Shown here one piece after another: positions 22,815 to 33,719 of a DNA stretch of 64,000 nt (position 1 is its first letter; every line of letters begins with the position of its first letter). The stretch comes from Botryllus schlosseri (taxonomy: Eukaryota), in NCBI GenBank assembly GCA_051294905.1, contig CM119383.1:2914001-2978000 (forward strand). The letters run 5' to 3'. The notes under the pieces were generated by a model. It was not told the origin of the DNA. It made no database searches and saw only the letters and a program-made list of their open reading frames with translations. A program made the translations under genes and the position numbers.

Positions 22815-25800
22815 TCAACTACCTTCTGGGTTACTGCTTTCAAAAAGATGCATCCCATACCAACGGTCTGGTACAACTTGAAAATACCGGTCCATCGCTT
22901 CACAAAAACGGTTTTTGTACAGTTCAGGAGACACGACCGTCGGCATCGATCTCGAAGACGACCATTTCACCACCATTTCCAACTTCTTATCCCACGTGAA
23001 AGTGCGAATGAAATCGATAATTCCGATGAAAATCTCCTTGTTTCGATCAATCCCGATGAGCAACGAATAATCCATGATCAAGTTTTCAGACAAAAAATCG
23101 GTGTCGCGCTGCATCGCGTTTTTGAAAAGAAATTTGGCGTGCTCGTGTACATAGATAGGATTTTCGCACATTACTCTCAAAAGATTTTCATCCAATAGAA
23201 CGACGTCATCGTTTTTCGACGTAGATTCTTCACCGTTAGTGTCCTTAGGCACATTCTTCGCACGTCGGTTTCGTACCGACCCCTTCAAGTCATAGATATT
23301 GTCAATTTGTTTTTGGTAAAACAGATTCTCAATAACCAAAACGTCTTGTTTCAAACTTCTCCCGGTTTGAGAATTACGGAACGATATCCGATACACTCCA
23401 AGGATTTTCGACAACGCGGTGGCCTCACTGTTATCAATACAATCAGTAAGATACTCCACATATTTAGGAGCAAATTCCAAAAACGATTGCATTTCCAAGT
23501 TTGACATTTGTTTCAGTATAAACTGATCGTCCTTTGTCTTGTGAAAGGTGGAGCCAGATTTCCCGCCAACCGCCAACCATTTCGCGCTACGCGACAAAGA
23601 CTCTAAATACTGATTCTCGCCACCTTCCAGAATACCGGCACGAAATTTTTGGAATAAATCGGCAAAGTATACTTTGCAATAAAACTTTGTGGTCTTGTCG
23701 GAAAATTGAACTTCGACATGATCAGTTGAAACGGAGTTTGGTATTTTAATCTCCTGATCTATTTCATCCACAATCGGAATATCATCAGATAAGTTATCAA
23801 ATACAGACTGATTTTGTGGAAGCTCTGTAGAATTCGGAGTAGAATGCAGTTTGATTGATACATCGCTATGCTTTAACGACCTTTTATACGCACTTGAGCA
23901 AAGTGTGTACGCGATAATCGAAGTCGGTTCGGCATCACGTACAACAATCTCCGTGCTAAGACATTCCGGTAACAGATAATGCTCGTCTGCAGGAAAAGGC
24001 GTCGGAGGTGCCTGCAATAGATTGCCAGGCAACAAACGTATCACAAGAGACTTCATGCTTGAACCGGTCCTTGTCATTCTCCTTGGCTGCTTGTCATGAC
24101 TTTTTGCGTCCGCGGAGATACCGCGCTTCAATTGCCGAGCGCTTTTACCGTTGGAAGCGTCTTCCGGGTAGTCCACATCAGACGACCATTGAGATGACGT
24201 GGGCGGGCAGCTTGAAGCACCCAGAAATTCAGACTCGACATCGGACCCACCTTCCGGTGTCTCGCATTCCTCCTGCACTGTAGGGTGCAAGCGTTTTCTC
24301 TGCACACGAGGCGAAGTAGAATGTTTCGATTTGGGCGGATTCCAAAACGAATTCCTGTCTTTATCGTAAGCGTCGAGTAGTTTTTGATTCCAAGTTTCTA
24401 CCATTTTTGAAACGTCACATTTCAGTTGTAATACGGAAAAATTCAGTTGGCGTCTCAAATTGTCGTCAAGCACAGGCTCATCGGACATCTTACCACTGCT
24501 AGTGTCCCACGCGTCCTCAAATGAATCAATATTATCGAAATTCGTGTAACCATTACTCTTTAGTAGCACTTCCATCTTTTCAATTTGTTCAAACAGCAAG
24601 CTTTTCTCATCGTTGAGAACGGAGACCAATTCCAAAAAGTATTTTTCACGAGACAGCGGTATCTCATCTGTGTTTGAATCGACAGTGCCTCTTCGCTCAC
24701 GAGACGAATTCACACAATCACGAATGTCCTCCGAGGAACTCTCGATTTTATCCACCAGTAATCTGATCACATAATACGCGTCACTCGCTGTAATAATATC
24801 ATCGTCATATCCGCCACTTCTGTGAGCTTCGGCTGGATCACAGTGGGTTGGTATCGATAAGAAAGCAGAGGGGAACACTATTTCGTTCAATTTCACTGGG
24901 AAACACTTGAATGCCGCGATCAAATCATGGAATAAAAAGTATTGGAATCCTGTAAAAGGTTTCATCTCCCAGTGCTCATCGAAGATTTCCTGTTTCGTGA
25001 TACCACGTTGTTGATAAGGCACCGATCCCATTTGAGGTATAGTAAGTTGTCCGAAATTAATCTCAAGGTATTTGGCAAAAGACATATACCACGCGTCGCG
25101 TGACATGGTTTTAATGGCCGATGACTTTTTAGTGTCGTGGTCCCAAGTCCAAGTCAAAATACTGGATTGCTGGAAAGGTTTTGACAGTTCCTTCAACAGA
25201 ACAGACATGCACATGTCGCCGTGCACGAAACTACGTACGTGCTCGACCATAGGCCGTCTACAAGTTGGGTTTGGACAGTGATAATTTGGTCGAAAACAAT
25301 AACGCTCCAAAAACCCTCCAAGTGTAATATCATTGCCACGATAGAAATCGATGTCCACAACCCAAGGAAGAACGCAGTAATACGGCGCATTGGGAGATTG
25401 CACGCTATAACTACTAAACAGCAATGATATATGTTGATGATTGTAAGGATCCAAAGAATCAATGTGACATTCATTTGTCGAATCAGAAACAGACGTAGTA
25501 TCATCGTCATCAATAATTTTATCCTCAACTTCCGTAGGTTTTATTTCATCATCTTTGACTCTATGGAAAAGTGTGCCAGCGTGAGCACGGAAGCTGGATA
25601 ACAAATCCCGCACTTCCTCAGAAGACGCAGATTGAGTAAAAGAACATGTAATAAACTCATGAAGGGAGTCGTCGTTCATATTGAGAAATATGTTGCTTTC
25701 GTTAACAGAACCAAACTTATCACTGCCATGCTTCGTCGACGTGGAATACTGAGAAATATTACCTCCAGATCGAAGCTGAGATTGTGATGGCTTCTTCTCT

Positions 25801-28800
25801 TTGACAGGTGGACCAAATATCATATCAATCATAGTCTGTTCCCAAGTTGAAACACCGTGATTAATGTCATTGCGTTTCGTGGGAGAAAGCATCTTGTTGA
25901 TAGCGGGACAATCGTCTGTCCCGTTTCGCTTGTACGGTTGAGTGTAGCAGGATACTGGCTGGGGTGTTACATTTTTGGATACGTGGATTTCAGTTGTTCC
26001 ATCCCCAGTCAGATCACTTGAACTATGTTGTTTTTTATTGTTGTCATCATGAGTCTGACTGTGATTATATTCATTGGTGGACTCTGTGTGGCGCGAGTGT
26101 GAAAGCCATGGCTTGTCTAAAAGGGACGAGCTTGATACTGTAACTACAGATTTCGGATTGTGGCCAACATGCTGACTGGAATCTGTCTTGTCGGATTTTC
26201 GAGACGGGAAATCGAGAATTTTGTGTGGCAAATATTTCCAATTTGATGATTTCTGACCTTCGACAGTGTACAGGTAAGGCTTTGCGGGCATAATTAAAGG
26301 GGACGTTGATAGCAGCAAAGAGTTCAATCTGTTTTCAAATAGGTCTTTATTTTTCTGCATCTCGGAAATCGCACAAGTGTCGTTCTCTTGCAATGGTCCA
26401 AATACGGAATCAGTCCCTGAAAGTTGCGTCGTTAACATCCGAGATTCTCTGACTGTTGCGTAACCTGAGAATGAAGCGCCCTTTTGTGACATTACAGTCT
26501 CGTTTAAAGGCACAATCAAGCTTTGAGTGCCGTCAAGAGATTTTGACGTAACGTCTGAATCCGACCGCATACTTTTCGCAGACAAATGCTTTTTTAGTAG
26601 CTTACCTAAATTGTGTTGGTCGATAAGATACGACATTTCAAGTCGGACATGAAACATGGCACGTACCAAAAAACGGAAGACATCCTTGACTTTTGACAAT
26701 TCCTTCCAAACCTCAGATTCGTCTGAAGATTTTGATCTCAAAATCACGGTACATCCATACATTGGATTACACCCTTCAAAATACAACAACGCCTTTGGCG
26801 TTTGTTCCATTCCAAAGCACGGGAGATCATGATTTTTCAAATAGAATCTTGAACATCTACCTAAATGCGCTTGTAATAACTGATCAATCGATTGGACAAT
26901 ATCGCCTTCAGTGCTGCGTGCCACTCTTTCCATGACCGATTGCTTCACATTGACAACGACCGTGATTCCAGCTTCGAGCAACAACTCCTGGGCAATTCTT
27001 GAAACTGTGCACTGCACCAATACAACATCGGGACGTTTGGAAGTTATTCTTGTTACGAGATGCTTGTAAAATTCACGTTCTTGCCTCAAAACCGGATCTA
27101 AAGCGGACAGTCTCAACTGAACACGCTCGTATTCTAAGGGTATTGCTAGCAGCAAAATAGCAGGGTTTAAAATATCAGTTCTCATGTGCTTATTAACAAC
27201 GTTATTTGTGAAAGCGACACCATTGATAACTTGAGATTCACGCCTGACACCATCAGGAATCTTCTTAATTTGGACATAATGCACCACATCCATGTTCACA
27301 GTCGGATTGGGGTTGATATAAAATGACGCGTGTTTCGCCAAGGGCACCAAAACTTCAGCCCACGCTAAATCCAACCCTTTCTCAAACAGTAACTGCCTCA
27401 AAAACGCCAAATCGTGTCTCGTATACATTTCCCGCAGCCACTGGCAAGCACGTTTATCGCACGATTCAAAAGACTTTGACTGAAAGTCCACATCTCTCCA
27501 TCCCGACAGCGGTTGGTGCCACGGGTGGTTAAGATAAGTCCCGTTCCACGTAATGAAGTTTCGTAAATAATCTGCATTTATGCTGGTGAGACTCGAGTCA
27601 TCAAAAGAAGGGTTGAACGGAGTGGAGTTCTTCGAGTGCTTACTAGCATCGGGTATATCCATGCTAGAAGATCGCGTATATTTTATAACTTCTTCGCCTT
27701 GATCGATTTCCACGTAACTCGACAAAGACATGACCGATTGCTCTGACACGCTTTGTTCTTCATCAGAAAATATCAACGTATCTGTAGGAGCAGTAGACTG
27801 ACCGTCACTAGGGCTGTAAGTCAAATTAGCGGCAAAATATCCATCTGTTTCATCCTCGTTATCACCAGAACACTTGATTTCCTGTACCCAAACAGGTTCT
27901 CGTTCAATAAGACTTTGATCGTCTTGATTATCCATAGCAGAAAAATGATCTGGATAAATTTCGATTTTTGGAGTTCGAACATTTATCGATTTCTTGTAGT
28001 TCTGATACAGAACATAACCGTCTTGAAATAATCCACCCATGTCAAGTACCGATTTCATCCACAGTCCTTCGCACAAGGCTTGTCCGATCGCGCACCCTTG
28101 CGTTCTGTCATAGGCCACATCATTCTTGATTAACCAGTCCACTAGTTCTTGCCCTGTTATGCAACTGGAATACTTCCTCAAACGAAACCTGTGGTCTCGA
28201 AACTCGATGCCTTCCTTCTCGTCGCAAACCTTTTTCCAGATCATACGCAGTTGCACTGAATCTTTCACCAACATATTGCTGACATTGTCCCCCAATATAG
28301 ATTGCGAGGACTGCTCCTCTTTAGCATCGAAAAGAAAACTAGGACTCTGCATGCCGTTAAGATTCTCTGTAACTGGAGATAATATACTCAAAGCGCTTGT
28401 TGGACCAGCGTCAAAAAGTTGATCATCGCTGTAACTACTGTCCGTCCTTTGCAAAGTACCTGCCTCTCTCCGCTGTCTAATGTTATGACTGTTGAATAAT
28501 TGATCATAAACGCCGCCTTGTACAATACCAAGGCTTTCCGTTGAATTGCCGTCGTTGTGTTCGTCTTGTGCTGAGTCTATTGTATTGGCACTTAGACTTT
28601 GGCTGACGACCTTTGCAACGTCAGGTTTGTTGCTCTCGGCGAACTGCAACACTAATTGGCAGCAGTACATGCAGGATCGTAACTTACCTTGCAGCCCCAT
28701 AATTTTTCCGGAAATCACTTGATTACAACAGCGACTGCAGAAGATCTGCCCGCAGATGCGGCAGTGATGACGTCTGCGGAACGTCGTGAATTTTTCACCG

Positions 28801-29249
28801 CATTCGTAACACTCGTGACATTGCTCATCAGGCATCCAGTATTGTCGTAACTCTTCTGCATTTGAAGCAGGTGAGGTAGGGGCGGGTCTGCCGTCATCAG
28901 AGTCTGGGGACTGCTGGCCCCTTACCATCTTGGGTAAATCTTTAAAAAGTGTTGAAAATGATCGGATTCTCAAATGCACCTCGCTACCAGGCGGGTTAGG
29001 AAACAGTTTCCGATCATGAACCTTTCTTTTTGATTTACCCGATTGGTTCAAATCCAATACATTCGGTCTACGGGCGGCGTGTTCGGTCTGGGAATCAGAA
29101 GTGTCGGGAAGACTTTCCTGTGACTTCTTGCTACTAAATAAATCCAAAACGAACTTGAGAAATCCTGGTGTGCTTGAAGACTTCTCTTTTGGTTCACCAA
29201 ACGATGTCAAGGACGTAGGATCCGCAGATACTTGGTCCTTTTTATCCAT
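22815..29249 (-). CDS. PIKFYVE: 1-phosphatidylinositol-3-phosphate 5-kinase (Fab1/PIKfyve), single uninterrupted ORF
   Basis: FYVE (YWMPDEQC...RRRHHCRICGQIFCSRCC), DEP domain, CCT/Cpn60-like domain (IKKIPDG...NNVVNKHM), conserved Cys/His region (LGGFLERYCF), PIPK catalytic domain (GGKSGSTF, YDLKGS, MDYSLLIG, IGIIDFIRTFTWDKKLE). Confidence 0.96.
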   Translation of the reverse strand: MDKKDQVSADPTSLTSFGEPKEKSSSTPGFLKFVLDLFSSKKSQESLPDTSDSQTEHAARRPNVLDLNQSGKSKRKVHDRKLFPNPPGSEVHLRIRSFSTLFKDLPKMVRGQQSPDSDDGRPAPTSPASNAEELRQYWMPDEQCHECYECGEKFTTFRRRHHCRICGQIFCSRCCNQVISGKIMGLQGKLRSCMYCCQLVLQFAESNKPDVAKVVSQSLSANTIDSAQDEHNDGNSTESLGIVQGGVYDQLFNSHNIRQRREAGTLQRTDSSYSDDQLFDAGPTSALSILSPVTENLNGMQSPSFLFDAKEEQSSQSILGDNVSNMLVKDSVQLRMIWKKVCDEKEGIEFRDHRFRLRKYSSCITGQELVDWLIKNDVAYDRTQGCAIGQALCEGLWMKSVLDMGGLFQDGYVLYQNYKKSINVRTPKIEIYPDHFSAMDNQDDQSLIEREPVWVQEIKCSGDNEDETDGYFAANLTYSPSDGQSTAPTDTLIFSDEEQSVSEQSVMSLSSYVEIDQGEEVIKYTRSSSMDIPDASKHSKNSTPFNPSFDDSSLTSINADYLRNFITWNGTYLNHPWHQPLSGWRDVDFQSKSFESCDKRACQWLREMYTRHDLAFLRQLLFEKGLDLAWAEVLVPLAKHASFYINPNPTVNMDVVHYVQIKKIPDGVRRESQVINGVAFTNNVVNKHMRTDILNPAILLLAIPLEYERVQLRLSALDPVLRQEREFYKHLVTRITSKRPDVVLVQCTVSRIAQELLLEAGITVVVNVKQSVMERVARSTEGDIVQSIDQLLQAHLGRCSRFYLKNHDLPCFGMEQTPKALLYFEGCNPMYGCTVILRSKSSDESEVWKELSKVKDVFRFLVRAMFHVRLEMSYLIDQHNLGKLLKKHLSAKSMRSDSDVTSKSLDGTQSLIVPLNETVMSQKGASFSGYATVRESRMLTTQLSGTDSVFGPLQENDTCAISEMQKNKDLFENRLNSLLLSTSPLIMPAKPYLYTVEGQKSSNWKYLPHKILDFPSRKSDKTDSSQHVGHNPKSVVTVSSSSLLDKPWLSHSRHTESTNEYNHSQTHDDNNKKQHSSSDLTGDGTTEIHVSKNVTPQPVSCYTQPYKRNGTDDCPAINKMLSPTKRNDINHGVSTWEQTMIDMIFGPPVKEKKPSQSQLRSGGNISQYSTSTKHGSDKFGSVNESNIFLNMNDDSLHEFITCSFTQSASSEEVRDLLSSFRAHAGTLFHRVKDDEIKPTEVEDKIIDDDDTTSVSDSTNECHIDSLDPYNHQHISLLFSSYSVQSPNAPYYCVLPWVVDIDFYRGNDITLGGFLERYCFRPNYHCPNPTCRRPMVEHVRSFVHGDMCMSVLLKELSKPFQQSSILTWTWDHDTKKSSAIKTMSRDAWYMSFAKYLEINFGQLTIPQMGSVPYQQRGITKQEIFDEHWEMKPFTGFQYFLFHDLIAAFKCFPVKLNEIVFPSAFLSIPTHCDPAEAHRSGGYDDDIITASDAYYVIRLLVDKIESSSEDIRDCVNSSRERRGTVDSNTDEIPLSREKYFLELVSVLNDEKSLLFEQIEKMEVLLKSNGYTNFDNIDSFEDAWDTSSGKMSDEPVLDDNLRRQLNFSVLQLKCDVSKMVETWNQKLLDAYDKDRNSFWNPPKSKHSTSPRVQRKRLHPTVQEECETPEGGSDVESEFLGASSCPPTSSQWSSDVDYPEDASNGKSARQLKRGISADAKSHDKQPRRMTRTGSSMKSLVIRLLPGNLLQAPPTPFPADEHYLLPECLSTEIVVRDAEPTSIIAYTLCSSAYKRSLKHSDVSIKLHSTPNSTELPQNQSVFDNLSDDIPIVDEIDQEIKIPNSVSTDHVEVQFSDKTTKFYCKVYFADLFQKFRAGILEGGENQYLESLSRSAKWLAVGGKSGSTFHKTKDDQFILKQMSNLEMQSFLEFAPKYVEYLTDCIDNSEATALSKILGVYRISFRNSQTGRSLKQDVLVIENLFYQKQIDNIYDLKGSVRNRRAKNVPKDTNGEESTSKNDDVVLLDENLLRVMCENPIYVHEHAKFLFKNAMQRDTDFLSENLIMDYSLLIGIDRNKEIFIGIIDFIRTFTWDKKLEMVVKWSSSRSMPTVVSPELYKNRFCEAMDRYFQVVPDRWYGMHLFESSNPEGS

Positions 29250-29907
29250 GATACAGTCCCAGAACAGATAATGGAGTTGAAAACATTAAAATCTACTACT
29301 AAAGAAGTTATGTTATCTCTACATTAATATTTATGCACTGAGAAATGAAAGACGGATTACAAACTGATAATTTAAATCAAAACCATCATATTTCACAGTG
29401 GGTGAAAGATATTGTCTTTCTGAATGAGATGAAGCTACAGAAACAGAACAATATGACACCTGAAAGAAGATGAACATGCGAGGCCACACTGCACATATTT
29501 CAGTGTAGCTCTTATTGAATCAAGTGAACGTCATATTGAAAAGTGTGAACTTGTCGATTACGTGATAGATTTGATGCCATCTGGCCAAACTTTTCACACC
29601 AACTCTAAAAACTACAGACAAATTTGTTCCGATTTCCACTACCTGAAGTATAGGGTTGGTATTGGTTGAACAATAAATTTGATTACACAATTTTATCAGG
29701 CATCAACCGAGATCCACACAAAATTCCGATGGAAAAACACAACAATCATGAATAATCAAATGGATTTTAAAATGAAATCGTAGACAACACAATATCACTA
29801 TAGAATTTATCAGTCATTATAAAGCGATTTGTTTATCACGTATCAGAAACGTGACCTGATAATAGGAGGCAAAAAATAATCAATCAGTCCTATTATAACA
29901 GGTATTT

Positions 29908-31566
29908 TTAATCATTGTACAGGAAATACTTCTTCCGCATATCATCATTCGAAAAGTTGGGCACAAAATTAACCTTGACAATACTTTGAAACCCCTCAGG
30001 CAAGCTCGGTTCCTCGTAAGCTTTTCGATACTGATAGAACACGAAGTCCGGAACCTTATCATGCTCAGATAGTGACAGCTCACGGAATCTATTGTTATGA
30101 CGCGCATGCTCCATGGAGACTTGAAACACAAAGCATCTGCAATCGCAACCACGCGATTTGGCTGCATCAATATATCGTTTTCGTCCTGCCTTATCAGGGT
30201 TTGTGTTGTCCACAACAATACTTTGACCGTTCGCTAAAGCCTGATTGCAGGCCGCCACACATTTCTGCCAGGTTTTCATTGTATCTCGGTTCACGCACGT
30301 GTAACCTTTTGAGACCAAGTATTGCTTTGAAAAGAAAGATTTGCCACTTGCTGGGTATCCTACCATGATTATTACTTCCTGCTTCTTGCTTACAACATCA
30401 TCACTACCTTCGATTAAATTTACATTTTCATTGACGCTCTTCGGGTCAAATTCTGGCATGTTAAACTTTGCAGGCTTTTGGGACATGAAGAACTCCTCAG
30501 GCGTCTTAAACTGAATTCCCAGATTCAAAGCGAAAAGTCTATCGGCACACGAGAAATCTTTTTTCTTTTTCGGCGCCCAATCTTTTGGACGACCTGCGGC
30601 ATCGCCGACATAAAAACTATCGCTCATATTTATTGAAATCCCACCGTTTCCATGCGTTTGTAACCACTCCCAAGTTCCAATATTGGGTTTACGATTAGCG
30701 CTGCGTTTCGTAATCGCTATCACTTGAATAGGGATTCCAAGCTTTTTCAGTAAATTTCCAATTTTTACTTTAAAATCTTTGGGAGCTATTTTGCCCTTTC
30801 CAATCCCAAGCTGATTAGTGATGATCACAATTTTAAATTCATCGCGATGTAATGATTTGAGCCTGCCCGGTATCTCGGCATACAATATTCTCCAATCGTT
30901 ATGATCAACAGCAAACGTTTTTCCAGACGCGGTCGTAATAAGAGTACCGTCCATATCAAAAGCTGCAATTTTTGACGAGTTGAATAAATCATGCGGATTA
31001 TAAATCAGTAAATCTTCATAACCTGACCAGCCAGAGGCAGAATCAGATTTTATCCATAGCAGTGAATGAGACGGTAAATCCGTTTGTTCTTTCTTTGATT
31101 TGTTCACATTGGGTGTAAGTAAGTTGGATTTCTGTAAGAGACTTAATTTTTTTTGCACCTCAATTTCTTCACTGGTTTGCTCTGCAACTTTCCGCTTTTT
31201 GCTTTTCACACCTAAAAAATCATCGATGGTACGCTTCGATTGTGTTTTCTCTTCTCCCTTTTTCTGATTGCAGGTAATTGTATATTCGTAACAATTATCA
31301 ACCATGCAGAATTTGTCATTTGGCTTTAGTGTCTTGGTTTGTCCTTTTGGAACTTCTTCTCCATCGATTGTGGCAGAATTGAGGCCGTGTTGTTCCAGGG
31401 TTATAGTTCCGTCTTTGTAATCGGCAATTAGTGTTACATGTTGCCTGGAGCATAATTTATCTGTGATTTTTGTGACAGGGCTCCGTCCGAGAATAACAGA
31501 TGTGTTGTTTGGTAAATCTATTGGTGAATGTCTGCCGTCCGTGGAGCACACTTGAAAGTATGACAT
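29908..31566 (-). CDS. PNKP: Bifunctional polynucleotide 3'-phosphatase / 5'-kinase, single uninterrupted ORF
   Basis: N-terminal FHA (VILGRSP...CSRQHV), HAD phosphatase (AFDMDGTLI; YVGDAAGRP), kinase P-loop (GYPASGKS; DNTNPD). Confidence 0.95.
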   Translation of the reverse strand: MSYFQVCSTDGRHSPIDLPNNTSVILGRSPVTKITDKLCSRQHVTLIADYKDGTITLEQHGLNSATIDGEEVPKGQTKTLKPNDKFCMVDNCYEYTITCNQKKGEEKTQSKRTIDDFLGVKSKKRKVAEQTSEEIEVQKKLSLLQKSNLLTPNVNKSKKEQTDLPSHSLLWIKSDSASGWSGYEDLLIYNPHDLFNSSKIAAFDMDGTLITTASGKTFAVDHNDWRILYAEIPGRLKSLHRDEFKIVIITNQLGIGKGKIAPKDFKVKIGNLLKKLGIPIQVIAITKRSANRKPNIGTWEWLQTHGNGGISINMSDSFYVGDAAGRPKDWAPKKKKDFSCADRLFALNLGIQFKTPEEFFMSQKPAKFNMPEFDPKSVNENVNLIEGSDDVVSKKQEVIIMVGYPASGKSFFSKQYLVSKGYTCVNRDTMKTWQKCVAACNQALANGQSIVVDNTNPDKAGRKRYIDAAKSRGCDCRCFVFQVSMEHARHNNRFRELSLSEHDKVPDFVFYQYRKAYEEPSLPEGFQSIVKVNFVPNFSNDDMRKKYFLYND

Positions 31567-32160
31567 ATTATTTAAACTGGAATATACTAAACTGTATAGA
31601 TCTAGGAGGAAAACGAGAATTTGTTAGCATCACATTTTCAAGTAATTCATCATTCCCTCATATATCACCAATTACTAATCATTTTTTACACAAAAATTTT
31701 ACGAAGGTAAAATATCAATTCTTCAACACAAATGAATTAGACAGGACTCTAAGAATACATACTGAACTTCAATCAAACTGTGCCTGGGTAATTGCATCAT
31801 AATTATTAGATTGAGATAATTTTCGCATCACACTCTAAAAACATACCGTCACAATCATCAAACCACATAATCAGAAAGGCAAGACTACATCATACTTTAT
31901 TACTGGACCCATCTGCGCACATTACCAATGCATTTTCATCTTACTTTGCTTAGGCCTATCGAGGGCATGAAATGTGAAAGACCAATTATTGACATTTGAA
32001 TCAGCAAATCCATTAATTTATAATGCATTGAATTTATGTATGATACAAATACTCAAAACCAAAACAGTGAAGAGAAAGTACCATATTTTGACAATATTGT
32101 GGTGGGAAAAACAGGAAACAAGACAAAAAAACAATTGAAATGTAATACGACTATACGAGA

Positions 32161-32442
32161 TTATCTGTGATCAATCGGAGCCTCTGGTTGCTTGATCCTC
32201 ATCGAAACACAGTCCCGGTCAATGTCGTAATATGAATATTCCGAGTAAGAAAAATATTCCGTCGTGTTGTACTTGGTGGAATCTGCCTTCGACGCTTCAG
32301 TTGGTGTTGGGCTTGGCACATGATCTTTCGATTTTGGGGCGGAAGATCCAACTACCTTATTTTCATGACTGGCAATCAACCCAGTCCAAATTGTTCTTCC
32401 GCTGGGGAAAATTTTAATGTTCCTCAGAATATTGAGAGCCAT
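32161..32442 (-). CDS. NDUFV3: NADH dehydrogenase flavoprotein 3 (complex I 10-kDa subunit)-like, 93 aa
   Basis: Basic N-terminus with almost no acidic residues, resembling a mitochondrial presequence; C-terminal YNTTEYFSYSEYSYYDIDRDCVSMRIKQP matches my recollection of the NDUFV3 Y..Y.F.D.......R.PQP motif; ATG at 32442 follows a TTTCAAG acceptor. Confidence 0.7.
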   Translation of the reverse strand: MALNILRNIKIFPSGRTIWTGLIASHENKVVGSSAPKSKDHVPSPTPTEASKADSTKYNTTEYFSYSEYSYYDIDRDCVSMRIKQPEAPIDHR

Positions 32443-33719
32443 CACTCCTTGAAAATGATCACAAAGCAATACCAGGTAAGGAGATAACTATAGCGAAGGA
32501 AAATATAATGCATTAGAATTTCAAACAAGGAAATAGTAGCTTTGAAAATTAGCAGCACCTTGAGATACAGAGACAAGCTGCAAAGATTGGCAGAACAGTC
32601 AAATTAAATGACTAATTCTACAGACGAGACAGATAACGGTTGGCTATAGTGAATAGTGTTATACGTTGCATATCAGAATCACAGTGATATCCCGCTGAGT
32701 TGGTTTGTAGAATGACGAAGGTTGGTGCCGTAGGTTCAACATAATACAAATATAAATAATCACTAACCTTTCTCACTGACACTGGCCTACACCTGAATAT
32801 CACTGTGACCTGACCTGACCTGACCACTGTGATTCTGGCAGAAAACGCTGAGGCGTAATCAGGTTGATACAGCTCAGTGCCGGTCCGTGGTTGATATCAT
32901 CATGTATGTAAATTGTAAAGGCTATGATATCATCATAGACATTGATCTGATCTCTATGTACTAGGAACACTATGGTTGTACATTGGGGCTAGCATTTCAC
33001 CATTATGATATTGGTGTACTTTTAGACTCTCAAAATGTCAATCATTACGTCGTGGACGAGCAACAATAAATCCTAATATTCTCTTTTAATATTCTGACGC
33101 CTAATTTTCCTTGTATGTAAACTTTCAAAAATACACTATTTTCTACTTGAACAACATCAGTTACTATTTTATTTTGCTCCACTAACAGGCCGACTTTGTT
33201 TTTTTTGCAGATTTCGCGAATATGGCTCATTGCACACCAGTACCGCTGTTTTGATTTCCATAGCAGCAATCAACAATAACTATCTGGTGGCGGTTGTTGG
33301 AATCGATTCGTAAATATAAATGTGCGTTAGTTCAGCATTTCTTCTCCTTGGCACACTGTTTTTTTACAGAGAAGTGATAATAGAATAGTTGATTATTGCA
33401 CAATATCAGCTGGTATCATAATTCTCTCGTCTTAGCGCTGTGGCAAGGTCAGGGATGGCCAAATCGCCCAAATCCTCATACGCCAAAGCAACGCGATCAA
33501 GTATTTACACAAATTTCTTGAAAGAAAATCTGTGATAGGTGTGTGACAGTATGAGGAAGATTGCTTGACGTTTACTCCAACAGCCTCCAGAAGTTCGTAA
33601 AAATATCAGACAATAAAATCAGATTAAAGCACTTTCTCCACCTTCATCATTATGTTGGCTATTTCTGTACCTTTATAGTTAACAATAGGATTTCTCCAAC
33701 CAACATAGCAAATAATCCG

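Noticed and set aside
13799-29000. Many 60-150 aa ORFs overlapping TEP1 and PIKfyve on either strand
   Set aside because: Shadow frames of long, GC-richer coding sequence with no recognisable motifs.
33254-33267. RFX X-box-like ATTTCCATAGCAGC upstream of DCDC1
   Set aside because: Two mismatches to GTTTCCATAGCAAC, including the key AAC half-site; too weak to call despite the plausible ciliary context.
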